Part shown: positions 30,060-47,347 of the stretch, in pieces | How the letters are laid out: each line of letters begins with the position of its first letter | Position numbering within the stretch: position 1 is the first letter of the stretch | From: the human T2T-CHM13v2.0 reference genome, Homo sapiens | Assembly (NCBI RefSeq): GCF_009914755.1 | Contig: NC_060942.1 | DNA length: 64,000 bases | Reading direction: 5' to 3' (one strand) | The notes under the pieces: generated by a model | The model's database searches: none | Seen by the model: the letters and a program-made list of their open reading frames with translations, nothing else | Told to the model about the DNA's origin: nothing | Position numbers and translations under genes: made by a program

Positions 30060-31897
30060 TCATTTTTAAAGCCTGGCCTATTTAGTCACAGTATTCAGTA
30101 CTAATAATTTATACTTATATGAACTGAAGGCCTGAAATGCGTCTTTCACTCTACTATCTATTTCTGGCCTCACATTAAGAGAGACAAGACAAAGCAAGCT
30201 AAAGCACTGGGTTTAGAGTATGAAGGCCTGGGCTCCCATCCCTGGTGCCCTCTGCAAACTCACTTGAGAGGTGATCATCCTTGTTCTCAGTTTTACCATC
30301 CATATATGGGGACAGTAACTTTTTCTATCTTCCCTTTGGCTTGCTAGAGGATAGTTGCCCTTCATAGGGCCTTGTAAATTCTAGAGACACAAAACAGCAG
30401 TAAGGTGTTACTTGCTGTGTTATTTCGGTTGGTCAGTCATCATTACACTCCGAAATTCACAGAAGAAAACACTTATCCAGGAGGACAAAGCTTGCCCAGA
30501 TGACCTGGGTAGTAAATTGGAACTAAGTCAGGAATCAGATCTTGAGGTTTTGACTCCCAGAGGCCGGTGCATGTTTCAGCTAAGAAAGCTAGGGGATTCC
30601 TTTGAACACTGAAATAATATTAGACTTTCATGTTTTACACTTTGCGCCAGGTCTAGAACCATAAATTTTCCAGTGAGTTGATGTTAAAATCAGCACCAAT
30701 TCAGTTTCCTTCAAAATGTCAGTTACTTCTTCATTGCCATAATCCATCATGCCTAAGTCTTTCTTGATAACATTGGCATCTATGCCACATTTCAGTTGAA
30801 ATGGAAACATATCCCTAGGTGCACATCTAGGAACAAATTCTATCTAAAATCTGGGGGTATCAGTTTACATCCTGAAGCAAAAGATTTAATGACTCCTATT
30901 GGAGCACATTTTTATTATTGGCCATAAAAGTAAATATCCTCCTTTTAAAGCCAGATAACATGATCTCATTTGCTATTGTTCCAGGGCTAAATCTAGCAAG
31001 TGGATTATTAGTATAGCATGCAGGTTTCAAATTATAGCCAAAGTAGTCTCCACACAGGAAGTAAAAAATGCTTAGACTTCTATAGTAATTGCTTAGAATA
31101 AAGGGACAGAATTCTAAATTACCAGAACACTTGTAAATGGAGAAAACATAAAAGAAATGGCCAACATTTTCAAGAAAGTGATTGGTGCATAGCATGATCG
31201 CACAATAAACTAAGTCCTGCTGCTATTCACAATAAAACATAGGGCCCAGGCAATTTATTCTTTTAACCTGCATGCTTAGAAGTGGTTCCTAAAGTACTTT
31301 CCAGTGGTTAATTTTTTGCATTCCATTGAACCAAAGATTGCAAAGTACCTTAAAAAGAAGCAATTCCTTAATCTACACTTACTCTAAAGACAGACAATCT
31401 ACTGAGCTGTGTAATCATTTCTATTATCAAATGTCCTGTATGTGAAGTACAATCTCTCACTCTTCTACACAGCCCTTCAGAAACAAATACCTTGATCCTC
31501 GCATGACTGGAGCACGTTGCTGACTGTGCTTTATATGAAGGAAGGTGAAGGAAAGCAATATACTTATTTTCCTAAATCATCAACTACGTGCCATAAATTC
31601 ATACTCAAATCATAAGAAAAGTGCTCAAACTTGGGATTGTTTAATGTTTTTCTATGAAAAGCGTTTACTACAGCTCCCTAAGCAATAAGCATGAGAAAGG
31701 GTAAGAGGGCAAGGAAGAGGCATGCTGAGGCAGCTTGTTGCAAACATCAAGTGCTTGAAACAATGCTCTGGGGTTTTTTCATTCTAAAGTGGACTTGGTC
31801 GACCCATATATGATTGGCGAGGAAATGCTGAAAGGTCAAAGGGTTGTTAGACTACTTTGCCAGGCAATAGCAACACATGACTTTGCTGAACATCCTA

Positions 31898-32284
<387 letters not shown>

Positions 32285-32449
32285 TTACAACTATGCTGCA
32301 TTCTAAATACTTTTTTGGCCGTAAAGGCCTTTAATATCTTACTTAAACTTTAAGTAGCTTTTAAAATATGTATAATGAGAAGATTATGAAGCACATAAAA
32401 TTAACTTTTCATGCCAGGCTTCAAAATCTCTCAACTGCACATATATTCA

Positions 32450-32800
<351 letters not shown>

Positions 32801-35397
32801 TTAACTGTGTAACCTTGGAAAAACATAGTTGCTATGGCATCTGGGCAGACCGTTTCCAGAACAAAGCCCCTTCTTGCTTCCCTGCTAGAATGACCCTGAG
32901 CTGCCACTGCTGCTCTGCAGGAGCTGAGCAAGGTGACGAAGAATGCCCCTGTGATGGAATCCCGTACCTTCCCTGCCCCTCCTGCCCATTATTCAGGGCT
33001 TGCGTAGACCATGCTCCTCCAGGCACTGTGAGGAGTGTTGGAGATGCAAACACAGGGCTCGTGATCCTGTTGACACTATTCTTTTTATGGAGAACCAAGA
33101 CATATGCATGAAAGAACATAAGAATGCTTTTAACGCTCTAACACAGCTTTGACTTAACGCAACAGTCTACAGACAAGTGATACAGAACCACAGACCTCAA
33201 CTCAGGAAGGAACATCATGCAGAAGAGAAATGATATTTACTAACCAACCAACTACCTGCTTGAGATCATATTAGGCTGCTCTATGTACACTCTTTGATTG
33301 TAATCCTATGACACAGGTTTACACAGATGAACCTGAGTCTGTAAACTGCTCATGGCCACACACTCTTGTAAGTGGTGGAGTTGCTACTAAATATTGGTCG
33401 GCCTGACCTCAAACCCATTCTCATTCCACTATAATAAAATGCTGTCTCCACCACTTTGTGTGATAATTTAATCTGGTGATTTGCTTCTGCTACATTGTAA
33501 ATATTCACACACACACAAATATATAATATGTTTATGAATATTTTATAAATAATGCTGTACACTGAAGACCAGAGACTTAAGCGACCTGCCAAAGGTCATG
33601 CAACTAGGAAGGTGCACATACATACACAATCCTGGGGAGGGAATAAGGAGGAATGTTTACCAACTTCTATGAGGAATATGATGGTTCTAAGAGCAGGGAG
33701 AGTTGAACTGGAAGGGTATAGTGGCTGTTACAATATTCCAACACCACCATGACCACTATGATACTCAACAGTTTGAGGGACTTCGAAATTTACTATCACA
33801 TTTAATATTACTATACTTTTATAACAACTATATAGAATATGTAGGTAGTGAAACAATTTATCAATAATGAAACTAAGGCATACAGAGTATAAGAGCTTGA
33901 CTAATCATTAACGAACAGAGCTGGGGCTCCAAGTCTAGCCTTGTGGCTTAAAGGAAAGTGCAATTGCAAAGCATCACAGCTACATACATTATAACAGGTC
34001 ACTTCTCTCTCTTATCAAAAGCCCTTTCAATTAGAAAACAATCCTTCCTGGTGAATGAGAAATCTGGTTGTAACTCACAACCAATATACATACATACATA
34101 CATACATATAATTTTATGGCTCTTTAGATCTTAACATAATGATTCAAGATGCATTACTTTCAGTACCACTGTAGAAGAAAGCCACGGTTTATGGCAAAAA
34201 AGCATAAAACAGGTACTAATGACATGCTTTGATGTACAATGGCAAAAGCTATTCCTACAAAGTTCCAACACTAAATATTTAAACAAGAGGTCCCATATTA
34301 AAAAGGATAAGAAATATTTCTTTGGTTGGTCACTACATAGATTTTCTACAGATAGTAATCTCATTAAATCTTAGTATACAGATTTAGAAAGGTTCACTGA
34401 CATTATTCTTAAAGTATTGATATGTCTTATTTTAGTAATGCAAAATATTTTACAATTTGAAAATTGCAAACACCAACTTCAACCACCAAATTGAAGCCTG
34501 CTATTTTTTATTAAGTACCAACATTCATATTCATAGTTTAATACTGAAAATATTTTAAAATATAGTTGTGGTTCAGTTTTGAAACTATTAATACGCAATA
34601 GGAATACTTAGTTGAGTGGTTAGTTCGTGTCAGCCACTGTTTCAAATGCTTCATATATATGTAGAAGTCATTACATTTTAGTTAAAACACTGAGTTAGGT
34701 GCTGATACGTATCTATTTAACAAAAAAAGGAAACAGATATATTTAAAACCTCATGGCAATCCCACAGATTCAAAGTGGGAAAGCCGGAGTCTGCACCTGG
34801 GGGTCCTGTAGAACTCCAGAGCTTGAAGTCTGAAACACACATCGTACTGAGAGCTAACGAAGCAAAATAAGCCCCTCATCAGGTTTACAAAAGTCCCCTT
34901 TATATTACATATCTGAAAAAAGTCCTTATCTATTAATCTTAACCAATGAGAAACCAGCAGAGACTCAGAAAGGAAAAAAAGGTGCTACATATGTATTCTA
35001 AAACCCATACCCTGAAGCTCACTACTCACTTATCTCAATTTATGCACAAAATTAAGTTTCCTAGCCCATGGCAGACAGAGGCAGAGAATTATAAAAAGGA
35101 AGACTGATAGAGATGCACATATGAAAGGCAACAGAGTGACTAGAAGACATATAAAAAGAGCCACTGAAAAAACCCAGTGTCTAGGGCCACTGAGGATGGA
35201 CTTAAGGCATCAACATGTGACAGGACAATAAGATAACAAAGGTATGTCTACATGAACGATGGATGGACATCGAGAACAGTCATTGCAAAGACAGTGAAGG
35301 ATGTTCCAGAACACCTGTCTGAAATGATAAATAAAAGCTGGACCTCGGAATTATAAAAGTCAGTTTTCCAGGCAATTGAGTTTTGTAGAAAACTTTA

Positions 35398-35628
<231 letters not shown>

Positions 35629-37010
35629 TTAATTTCTTTTTATGAAACTTTAAAAAAACATATTTTACAGGTTTAGTTCCAAATGCAACTGGCTCATTAA
35701 CTTGCATTTCTGTAGATGATGGCTGGACATACAGCTTTAACAGGAAAAAGTATTTTTGTGACAGTGGTATTGGGAGGCACATAAAGGTTGTGTTTGGTCA
35801 GGCATGTAGGAAACATTCTACAGGTGTCTGAGGGACAAGACTAGGTGCACAGTCTCCCTAATGTGGGCTAAAGCAGATTGGAAAGTTATCATTTTAGGTT
35901 CTTGTCCACTTCAACAGATATCAATGGTTCAGGTAAAATAGCTTGAATATAGTTTCTAGATAAGCAGTAGTCTCAATGTACAGGAGTTAAGAGAAATTAT
36001 AATAGAAATTGAATACTGCATCACAGAACACTCCTGAAACATTTTAACACTTTATCATGGCCAACATGAAGCCACACTGGAGAGACCACCATAATCCCAT
36101 TCCTACTTGAATCTTTCACACTGGGCCAAGCCTCAGATCTATACCTTTGCAAAGAAAGTCCTACAGTCTTGAGTCTGAATTGGCAGATTTATCAGCTTAA
36201 ATTCCTTTTTAAAATTTGGAGTGGGGATTAACTTTTAAAGATTAGATAACCAGTTGGATTGGAAAAGGTATGCTATGTTTGGAAAGGTACAAGTTGTAGG
36301 ATTTCAATACATCTATTAACTGGCTATTTATTAATGGTTATCTTGATTTCAGTGAATAGAGAAATGGAGAACATTTAACATTTAATAAAAGATAACAATA
36401 GAAAGTTATCTTTTAGCAGCAGTTCTGTAAGAAGTTTAATGAAATATAAGTTCATTTTAAAAATGATCATCACCAGCTTTGGAGAACAGTCGCATGGGGT
36501 GTGCTCTGGCAACCATCCACTCCCTCATCAGAAAGGATAAATTACATTTTGCTGAGTTTGGAAATCTTTACAGATAGGTTTCATAAGTCCAATAACTACT
36601 GTACAGGTAAGGAATGAAAATAATTAACTCTTAGATCCTGGTTTTGGCATAAGCTTTCTTTCCTTCATGATGCATGGAGGAGAGATAAATGTTATAAGCC
36701 TCTGAAAGTTCCCTGCGGAACCTTTTTGTGATGTTTGGCATAAAGGCACAGGCTAAATAATTTTAAAGTATTTTTTAAGTAAAAATGGCAGATACAGAGA
36801 AACAAGAACAGCTTTTTCTTCAAATAGTAAATCCATTTTAATATGGATACAGATATCTATTTATATCTAATATAGTCATTGACTTACTGAGAAGAAAATT
36901 CAAAGAATTTTAAATTATCTTTTAATAAGTAGTTTTGATTGCAATGAAAATTTCTACTCAAATAGTGAATTAGATAAATTTTATGCACAGCATAGAACAT
37001 AAGTAAGCTA

Positions 37011-37352
<342 letters not shown>

Positions 37353-39295
37353 TTATTCCTCTATCAACTCCATTTCCAAAAAATTAATTTCTTCATTCAC
37401 TACATAACAAGGTTCCTCTCAAGTTTCTGGAAAACATGCATTAGCATGGTCACTTATCAAAATATTTATCCCAATTTAACCTAATTATAAATCTTGAGTA
37501 CTTAAAAGATTTATGTTCACAAAACAGTGCACATGATTACTGCACAGATTTATTTATTTAGGTACATCTAAAAACTTGATTATTCTTAAGAATAGCATTG
37601 TTGACTAAAAATACTAAATAATATAAAGTCAAGTGAGAACATGATGGTCTAAATGTATACTCTCAAACATTAGTACAAAGATCACTCCTCACCCAGGAAA
37701 GCTTTCACCAGTCTATGATGAATTGAAGAAAACAAACCAAAAATCAGAAAATGTAATTTTTAAATACAGCTAAACTTATTTGATTTAAAAGTACCTTTCA
37801 TAATTTGAAGTACACATTTTGCAGTACAAACATGTATACATAATCGCACACACACCTTTTAAAAATAATACTGTTGGTAGGTGGAAGATATTTTTCTTTT
37901 CCTCTTAGCAAACTAAAACTCTGCTGTCTTCTGGAATATTTCTGGATATTTTATTGGTCTGTAAAACCCCCAAATTTAAGAAAAACACTCTAGATAAATG
38001 CAATGCACAAATAACCCTTCATGTAAATACTAACTTCCAAAGTTCACTGAATCTTGCTGTCACTAGAAATATTACCAGGAGTCAAATGACTAGACTGGAC
38101 ATTCACTCTTAATTTTCCTTGTTCACCTGCGAATGGATGTGCAAATAAGCATTACTGTGCAGTAATAACAGGAAAAACAAGAGCATTAAGATCTCTTAGG
38201 CTCATAATTGGTAGCCTAAGAATGATCGAGAGGTGACGCTCATAAGAAAGCTTCATTATCAGCAGAAACTGCACCAGTTTCGTACCCTAGACCACCTTTT
38301 AAAAATCTTCAAACACATCTTTTTTTCTCTCTAAATCCCCAATTCAACATTCCTTTCTCTAGTATTTTAAGCAAGACAGAAAAAAAGCCAGAAAGTTAAG
38401 ACTGCAATATTTAGAGTGATTTCACTAGCCACACGAAACCTTCTCCTGATGTAACATTTATGCTAAGGGGTATATGCACAGTTCAAAGTCCTTTAATGTG
38501 TATGAAGCTCATTTATCTCTCAGAACACTATGACTAACATACTGTTATCAGCCCCTTTCTGCATAAGAAACCTAGAATTTACAGTGGTTAAATAGTTGGC
38601 CATGATCACACAGATATCAGGAGCAGAGCTGGGACTCTAACACAGACAGCAGACTCAAGTTGGTGCTTTTGATCACTATGTTCCTTCTGAGAGTTTCCAT
38701 TCCCATTCTATTCTACTCCCGCATCTGCATAATTATTGGCAACTGGCACTTTAGCACATCTTTCTATGTAAGGTCAATATTTAGGTTCACTTACAAATCA
38801 AGAGTGCTTAAGTGGGAGGCAAAGAAGTAAATCTCTTTACTGGGTGGCTAAAAGGAAGGGATGTTCACTTTAACAGGCTTTTCCATTATAGCTACGCATT
38901 TATTATTCTTGAAGAACATCCCCTTGGCTTCTAGCATGCAACTGTTTTGTTTGGTTCCTTTTTGACCATAAGATCAGAAGAATACATTTCTTAACGTCTC
39001 GGAAATAGCATTTAAAAACAGCCATGCAAATGCAAGAGCTTTCTAAAATGCAGGCTTTCTTCTTGCCTACTCATTACATTTTACTTCTATGGCTTTTCTG
39101 GTTTGTTCACTATCTGCCAATATTCTAATAGCTGTAGACATGAAAATAGCAGCTGTGAGGCATCATTCTTAATAGCTATCAATGGTGATCAAAATTTCAG
39201 AATGTGATATATCATGAATATATCAACTACACTAACAGTTAATGTTGTTCAGGCCAGTCCTATCCTCAGATTGGTAAAAACTGTCCAAACTGATT

Positions 39296-39800
<505 letters not shown>

Positions 39801-40393
39801 TCAGTCAGAGGAGGAGCATGGACCACTGAAGGACAACTTGTCTTGATGACCACACCGTCCGATTTTACTGCCCCATTAGATTTTTATTATCTACACTAAA
39901 TGAGGAGACTGATAATGCAGGTAATCACAGCATTTATGTCTGACTTTAAAAATACTGTAACATTTTTCAGTAGTCCAATTTTTTTCCAAATTACCTTACA
40001 GTTTCATTAATATTAAAATCAGCATCCATTTGTGAGTCTCTGGGTGATTATGGTGGGGTGGGGGAAAGAACTTGTCTGTGCAAAATGATTTTACTCCAGA
40101 TATGGATAATTATATGCTGACAAAGTAGCATAAATCAGTCATGCAGCTCATGCACCTGAAAATATTCATAAGCATTTTGTTGTAACAGCACAGTCTTTTT
40201 AGGACGTGTTTTCCAGGCAGCTTATTTTAACAACTTTAACAGTGGACTTGAAGACTACGAAGAAACAAATTACTTGGATGCCTCATGTAAGGCCCTGATG
40301 ACAGAAATGTCCGAGTTAGCAGCCATGCTACTATTAGGTGAAGCAAGTTCCACCTCTATTTAACACATTTATTATTCATGACCAACCTTCTCA

Positions 40394-40579
<186 letters not shown>

Positions 40580-41972
40580 CTAAAAAGACATAAAGATAAC
40601 AACTTAAATGAAACTAATTCCTCAAGAAGACATAACAGTTGTTCTGTAAACGGCTCTTTATAATGCAAGGAGAGCATGGCATCATTCATTCTGATTAACA
40701 TGACTTGAAATTTCGCAAGTGGAGTTTCCTTTAACTTATGAAGCACAGGTCTGGTCCTTGTCTAGAGAGATTTAACTGTGTATATTCACCTCTACTGGCA
40801 GAAAGGAATGCACTGCAGATGTGTGAAATTCACAGCTAAGCTGAAACCTCCATCTGGTTCCAACTTTTGCCTTTCTTCACTTCACGAGATTGTGATCAAG
40901 CATTCAAGTCATTTGGTTCGTATTTACTTTCTTCTATGTTAATTTCTACCCAGTTTAGGATACTAAAAACAATGAAGAATCTCAAGACAGGGAGAAGAAC
41001 ACATACATAATTCACAAAGTATATAAGCTTTCCTTTTATATGTTCTTACATATATTCTATTATTACAGGGTAGATGCAATATTTCCCCTTAAATTCTATT
41101 GATACATATGATTCAAAACCATATAGAAGAGATATACAGTATTCTTAAACAAAGTCAAAACTTGAAGGGTTTCCGTTTATTTCCATAGTCTTCTAACAGG
41201 GCATATATTTGATAACTGCATATTCAATGGATTAGGATTTGGGTATAACACTCATTGTGTCCACTGCTTTAAGCACAGACCTACAATGGATATAAATATT
41301 GATACATTTACATGTAGATGATTATTATTAGACAGGCATCCACTACTTTCAAATTCCAGGTTGACTGTTTTAAAAGAGCCAAATTAAGCTATAATATATC
41401 TAAGAGAAAATGCTGAGATTGAGAAGTCAGGCATTTGCTGAGTAAGTTTTATATTAGGAAAACCTAACTTTAAACAATATCTAAAATCATTTGGAATCTC
41501 TGTGGAAATTTGCAGATAGATCAAAAACAGTGATCATTTTCATAAATGTTAAAACATTCTGAACAACAAAATCCACTACATACAAAAATAAACTGTCACT
41601 GCAAAGTGCAGTTTTCCCTGTTTCTAAATATAGCTAACATTATGAATGGCCATTCTTAAGGGATTTCTGGAGCTTAGATAGAACACACACAAATTGTAGC
41701 TTTTGATTTAGTTGTCAGGGGGAGGGGCAAAGAAAAGAAAGGAGTAGGAAGGAAAGCCAAACCGCCCACACTAGATTCTAAGTCTCTGTCTGTCCACCCA
41801 AATGCCAATCTCTAGCAGTTATTTATTTCAGTTATTTTTTGTCTTCCAAAAAGAGAAAATGTTACACTATTTTGAATTAAAAAACACACACGCAGTAAGA
41901 AATAATGTTGGTTGAGTCATTTAATTTTTTCTTAACCCACAGTACCTCACTATAATGTTAACATAGGCTAAG

Positions 41973-42281
<309 letters not shown>

Positions 42282-43206
42282 TTAACATAGGCTATAATAC
42301 TTCTTCAGTTGCTTTCCTTCCCCAATTAGAAGTGTCACTTCAGCTTAATGCTTTCATGGTTAGTGAGAGAATTTCGCAGGACATTCAGTTCAGCCTCCCA
42401 GCTGAAAACCATGAAAATAAAAACTTTTATGACTTTTGAAATGTCAGTTTTGTTAGCTGCTATTTGCAGAAACAGATGAACATTCTCAAAAAGAGAGAAA
42501 AAAAGGAAGCTTATTTCTTAAGAAGTTAACTCACATAGGTATTACATGAAAGTATAGTTATTTCCTAATGTCTAGTCTACAAAAATCTTTAGAATTATGT
42601 AAGCATAATACATCCAATAATTTTCCATTGATCTGCAATATTGGAATTAGTAGCTAATACTTGAAATTTCTTATTGCTGCAAGCTAGTCTGGAAATTTTA
42701 AATTACAAAAGGACACTTGTTATTTCCAAAGTACAATATCTCTTCAAATAAAAAAAAAATTCCACTTGGTAAATAGTAAATAATGTCATCTCCATTTTCA
42801 AATGCCAGATTGCTAAAACATTCTTATATTTAGTAAGGAAGGCTTGATAGCCTGTGTTTTAGACAACTGAACTGCTTAGAGCTTCTTGCCTAATTTGGTC
42901 ATTGGGCATCTGGCTGTGAATGACTGACATTTAGATTCCGTTAAGTGTTCGACTTCCCACTCTCATAGTACCTCAGCTGATCAAGGGGATTCTGCTTGAA
43001 AACTTCTCCTCCCTTCCTGCTCTATATGGAATAAAATCCAAAATCATCTGCTTGCTGTCAATCCTTCCCTCTCGGAAACTCGCCTATTTTACAAAAGTGA
43101 TTCCTCCCATTCGCTTACCCCACACCTGGAGCTGTTTTGCATTTATCTTCAAATGCCCTGTCATGATCCTGTGTCATTCCATTTGGCATTCTCCTCTGCC
43201 TAGACA

Positions 43207-43392
43207 AGTGGATGTTACACAGAGTGAACATTTTGGGTTGTTACAACTAAGCACTCCTTAGTTGTGACAACCAAACTCAGTACCGACATCTAATGGGTAG
43301 AGGCCAAGGATGCTGCTAAACAGCCTATGATGCACAAGACAGGCCTCATAACCAAGTAAAAATGTCATAGTGTCCTGGCTGAGAAACCCTTG
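43207..43392. mobile_element. MER20 hAT-Charlie element inserted in an L2 relic
   Basis: catctaatgggtagaggccaaggatgctgctaaaca...gagaaaccct; tgcctaga on both flanks. Confidence 0.8.
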
Positions 43393-44441
43393 CCTAGAAT
43401 ACCATTCCCTTCATTCCAAGCCTGGCTAACATGCAGCTTACAAGTCACTTTGGAGACGACTTCTGAAAGTTCTTGAGGAAGAGCTGTTTGTGTCCTCAGG
43501 ACAGAGCCCTTACAACACACCCCATCACTGTTTATAGTTTATATGGCTGTTATCAGTCGTATGTCTGTATCTGCCTCACTGTGCATGTGTGTGCATACAG
43601 AGACACAGACACACACACACGTGTCCCAAGGGCCCTTGCTTTGTTGATGCTTGTGCCACTGGCATATATGGCACAGTGCCTGACTCAGAGTAAGAATTCC
43701 ACAAATGCTTCTGACTTGGTGGATGGATGGGTGAATGCATAAGAAACCTTGGGTTTTGCATGATCTTATCTCAGGTAAAGAAAAAGCCATCTTCTATTCA
43801 CATGGATAGCTATAATTTACTTCTTAAAACCCATACTGGGAGCATAAACTAGCTCACCTTTTCCCAAAACCACAGTGATTCATGCACAGTAGTCCCAATT
43901 CTAACATTTCCTCATACTATGAGTCACTTCCTATTTATATTGACATTAATTTCCCTTTTTAAAGCTTAATTTATTGTAAAAGTCCCATAAATGGAAAGCT
44001 AGCATCAGTTATCATAAATATGACAGTAAAAAATAAACATGATGAAATTCTTGGATTCTGGCAGTCTCTACTTGATGAAGTAGCACGTGAAAGGCTGTGT
44101 CCGCTTGCTGTCCTAGAGGCTTCTCAGCATTTACCAATTAAAATCTTATGCACGTGCAGCACAATTTTGAAACACTGAGTGACATCAGTGAATGAGGAGG
44201 TGAGAACATTCAGTCATTCATACAGCAGACATTTAATGAAATGTCTTCAAAATGCCAGGCAATGGAGTATTTACTTGGGTAAAACAGTGACCAAAACGAG
44301 ATACAGCCTTGCTTTCACTAAGTGATGGAGGCAGAGAGTAAAGGATCACAGGACCATATAGAGCCACCAAATGCATGAGTGCAAGTCTAGAAATGGTAGG
44401 AAGAAGTAATATGAAGAACCTTCAATAGTGCATACCAACTA

Positions 44442-44498
44442 TCAGGTTGGTGCAAAAGTAACTGCAGTTTTTGCCATTACTTTTAATGTCATTACTTT
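44442..44498. mobile_element. MADE1 (Hsmar1-derived MITE), partial
   Basis: aggttggtgcaaaagtaa.tgc.gtttttgccattacttttaatg preceded by TA. Confidence 0.85.
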
Positions 44499-44703
44499 GA
44501 GTAAAAAGAGAAGAACTTGATGACTAAACAGATTGCAGGTAGAGGGACAGCAGGGCATGGGAAAGGCAATTAAACGATGACCTTGGGAGACTGAGGAGAA
44601 GGTCCTGGTCACGTGAAATAGGAAATTCATCATAAATCACGGGTTTCAGGAGATGACAGATTTGCCTCTAGATAAATTGGGTTGGGGACAGAGAGTTGAA
44701 TAA

Positions 44704-45049
<346 letters not shown>

Positions 45050-45199
45050 AACTCTGTTCAAATTCTTAACTGCTAAGCCCCACTTCCCTCATCTGTGAAA
45101 TGGGACTAAAAGTACCATCTACCTTATAAATGTGGTCTTTCTTTTGTATACATATTACATGCTGGCACTGTTCCAAGGGCCTTGATTTAAAAACAAAAA

Positions 45200-45440
45200 A
45201 CAACTTTTATTGAGTTTGAGCACTATGTGCCCAGCACAGTGCTATGCACTATGCATTATTTCAGTTAGTCCTCACAATAATCCTATGAGGCAGGTGGGGT
45301 TTTGAAACCCCATTTTACAGATGAGGAAATGGGCTTAGGAAGGTAAAGGAGCTTGCCATGGACACCCAGCCATAAGAGGCAGATAATAGACTTGAACTCA
45401 GGTATGGTCAAGAATCTGTACCGTTAACCAATCCACTACG
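45200..45440 (-). mobile_element. MIR
   Basis: cactatgtgcccagcac...cccattttacagatgaggaaa core. Confidence 0.75.
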
Positions 45441-45554
45441 TGAGTGCCCTCTAAGATGGTAAGAGTACTGCACACATGCAGCATGTGCACAGGTCAAGCG
45501 GGGGAAGCAGGTGGAAAGCCGGACTTCAAGTGGACAAGGAAGGAGTGGAAGTAT

Positions 45555-45823
45555 TTTTTGCTTGTTTGTTCTTGAGACAGGGTCTCATTCTGTCACACAG
45601 GCTGGACTGCAGTGGCACGATTATGGCTCACTGCAGCCTTGACCACCCAGACTCAGGTGACAGGTGATCCTCTTACCTTAGCCTCCTGAATAGCTGGGAT
45701 TACAGGCATGCACCACCACGCCTGGCTAATTTTTTGTATTTTTAGTAGAGACAGGGTTTCGCCATGTGGCCCAGGCTGGTCTCAAACTCCTAGGCTCAAC
45801 TGATCTGCCTGCCTTGAGTGCTG
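45555..45823 (-). mobile_element. Alu (AluJ-like), 5'-truncated
   Basis: gagacagggtctcattctg...ggtctcaaactcct. Confidence 0.88.
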
Positions 45824-46597
45824 GGTGCCCCTTGGAGAAGACTGGTGTGGAACTCAGGTAAAGTATAGTAACTTAAACATTTCTTTACAATTCATGTTCA
45901 GGGTAATGAGACAAGGAATATCTGCCCCACTGGATGTTGAGAATGGGAATCCAGATATACTTTCTGTGTAACACAGTCTATATAGAGGTATGCAGAGACT
46001 ACTGTGGGTGATCAGAGAAGGGATTGAGAACTGGCTCTCAGAGGGTAAGGATTAGCCTGTTATGTAGGAGAACAATATTTAGGCAGAGGAAACGGGAACA
46101 GAAGAATAGAAAACTTCCTATTTGCACAAGGACTGTGTGTGGTTCAATGAGTGGTTGGGCATCATTTGTATGTGAAAGGCAAGTAATTCTGGGGGGTTAG
46201 GTTAAGGAGGGTTTTGGGGCCAAGGTCACAGAGGGTCTGGAATGCACTATTAAAAAGCTCTAACTTCATCCTATAGGGCATGGAGAGCTATGTTACCACA
46301 GTGGAGACCCAGCAGGTTTGTAGATTATGAAGCAACCTGTAGAGGAAGGAAGATTGAAGACAACAGAAAACAGGAGAACACCCCTTCAGGATGGAACTAG
46401 GAGTTGAAGGCACAAACAGAAAGATTATTAGGTTTGGAAAACAGGAAGTATTTCTTTCATCTTATGAAGAGGAGTAAAGGTGATAGATAGTGCTCAACCA
46501 GGAGATGCTGCTGTTGCTATTCATGATGGCAGTGGGGAAAACAATAGCTCAGATTTATTAGGCACTGTGCTGAATGCCTTTTAAAACGCTTTTAAAT

Positions 46598-46688
46598 TTA
46601 TATATATATATACATATATACATATATATATGTGTGTGTGTGTATATATATGTATATATGTGTGTGTGTTTGTGTATATATATATACA
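46598..46688. repeat. (TA)n/(TG)n compound microsatellite at an Alu tail
   Basis: Read directly. Confidence 0.9.
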
Positions 46689-47347
<659 letters not shown>

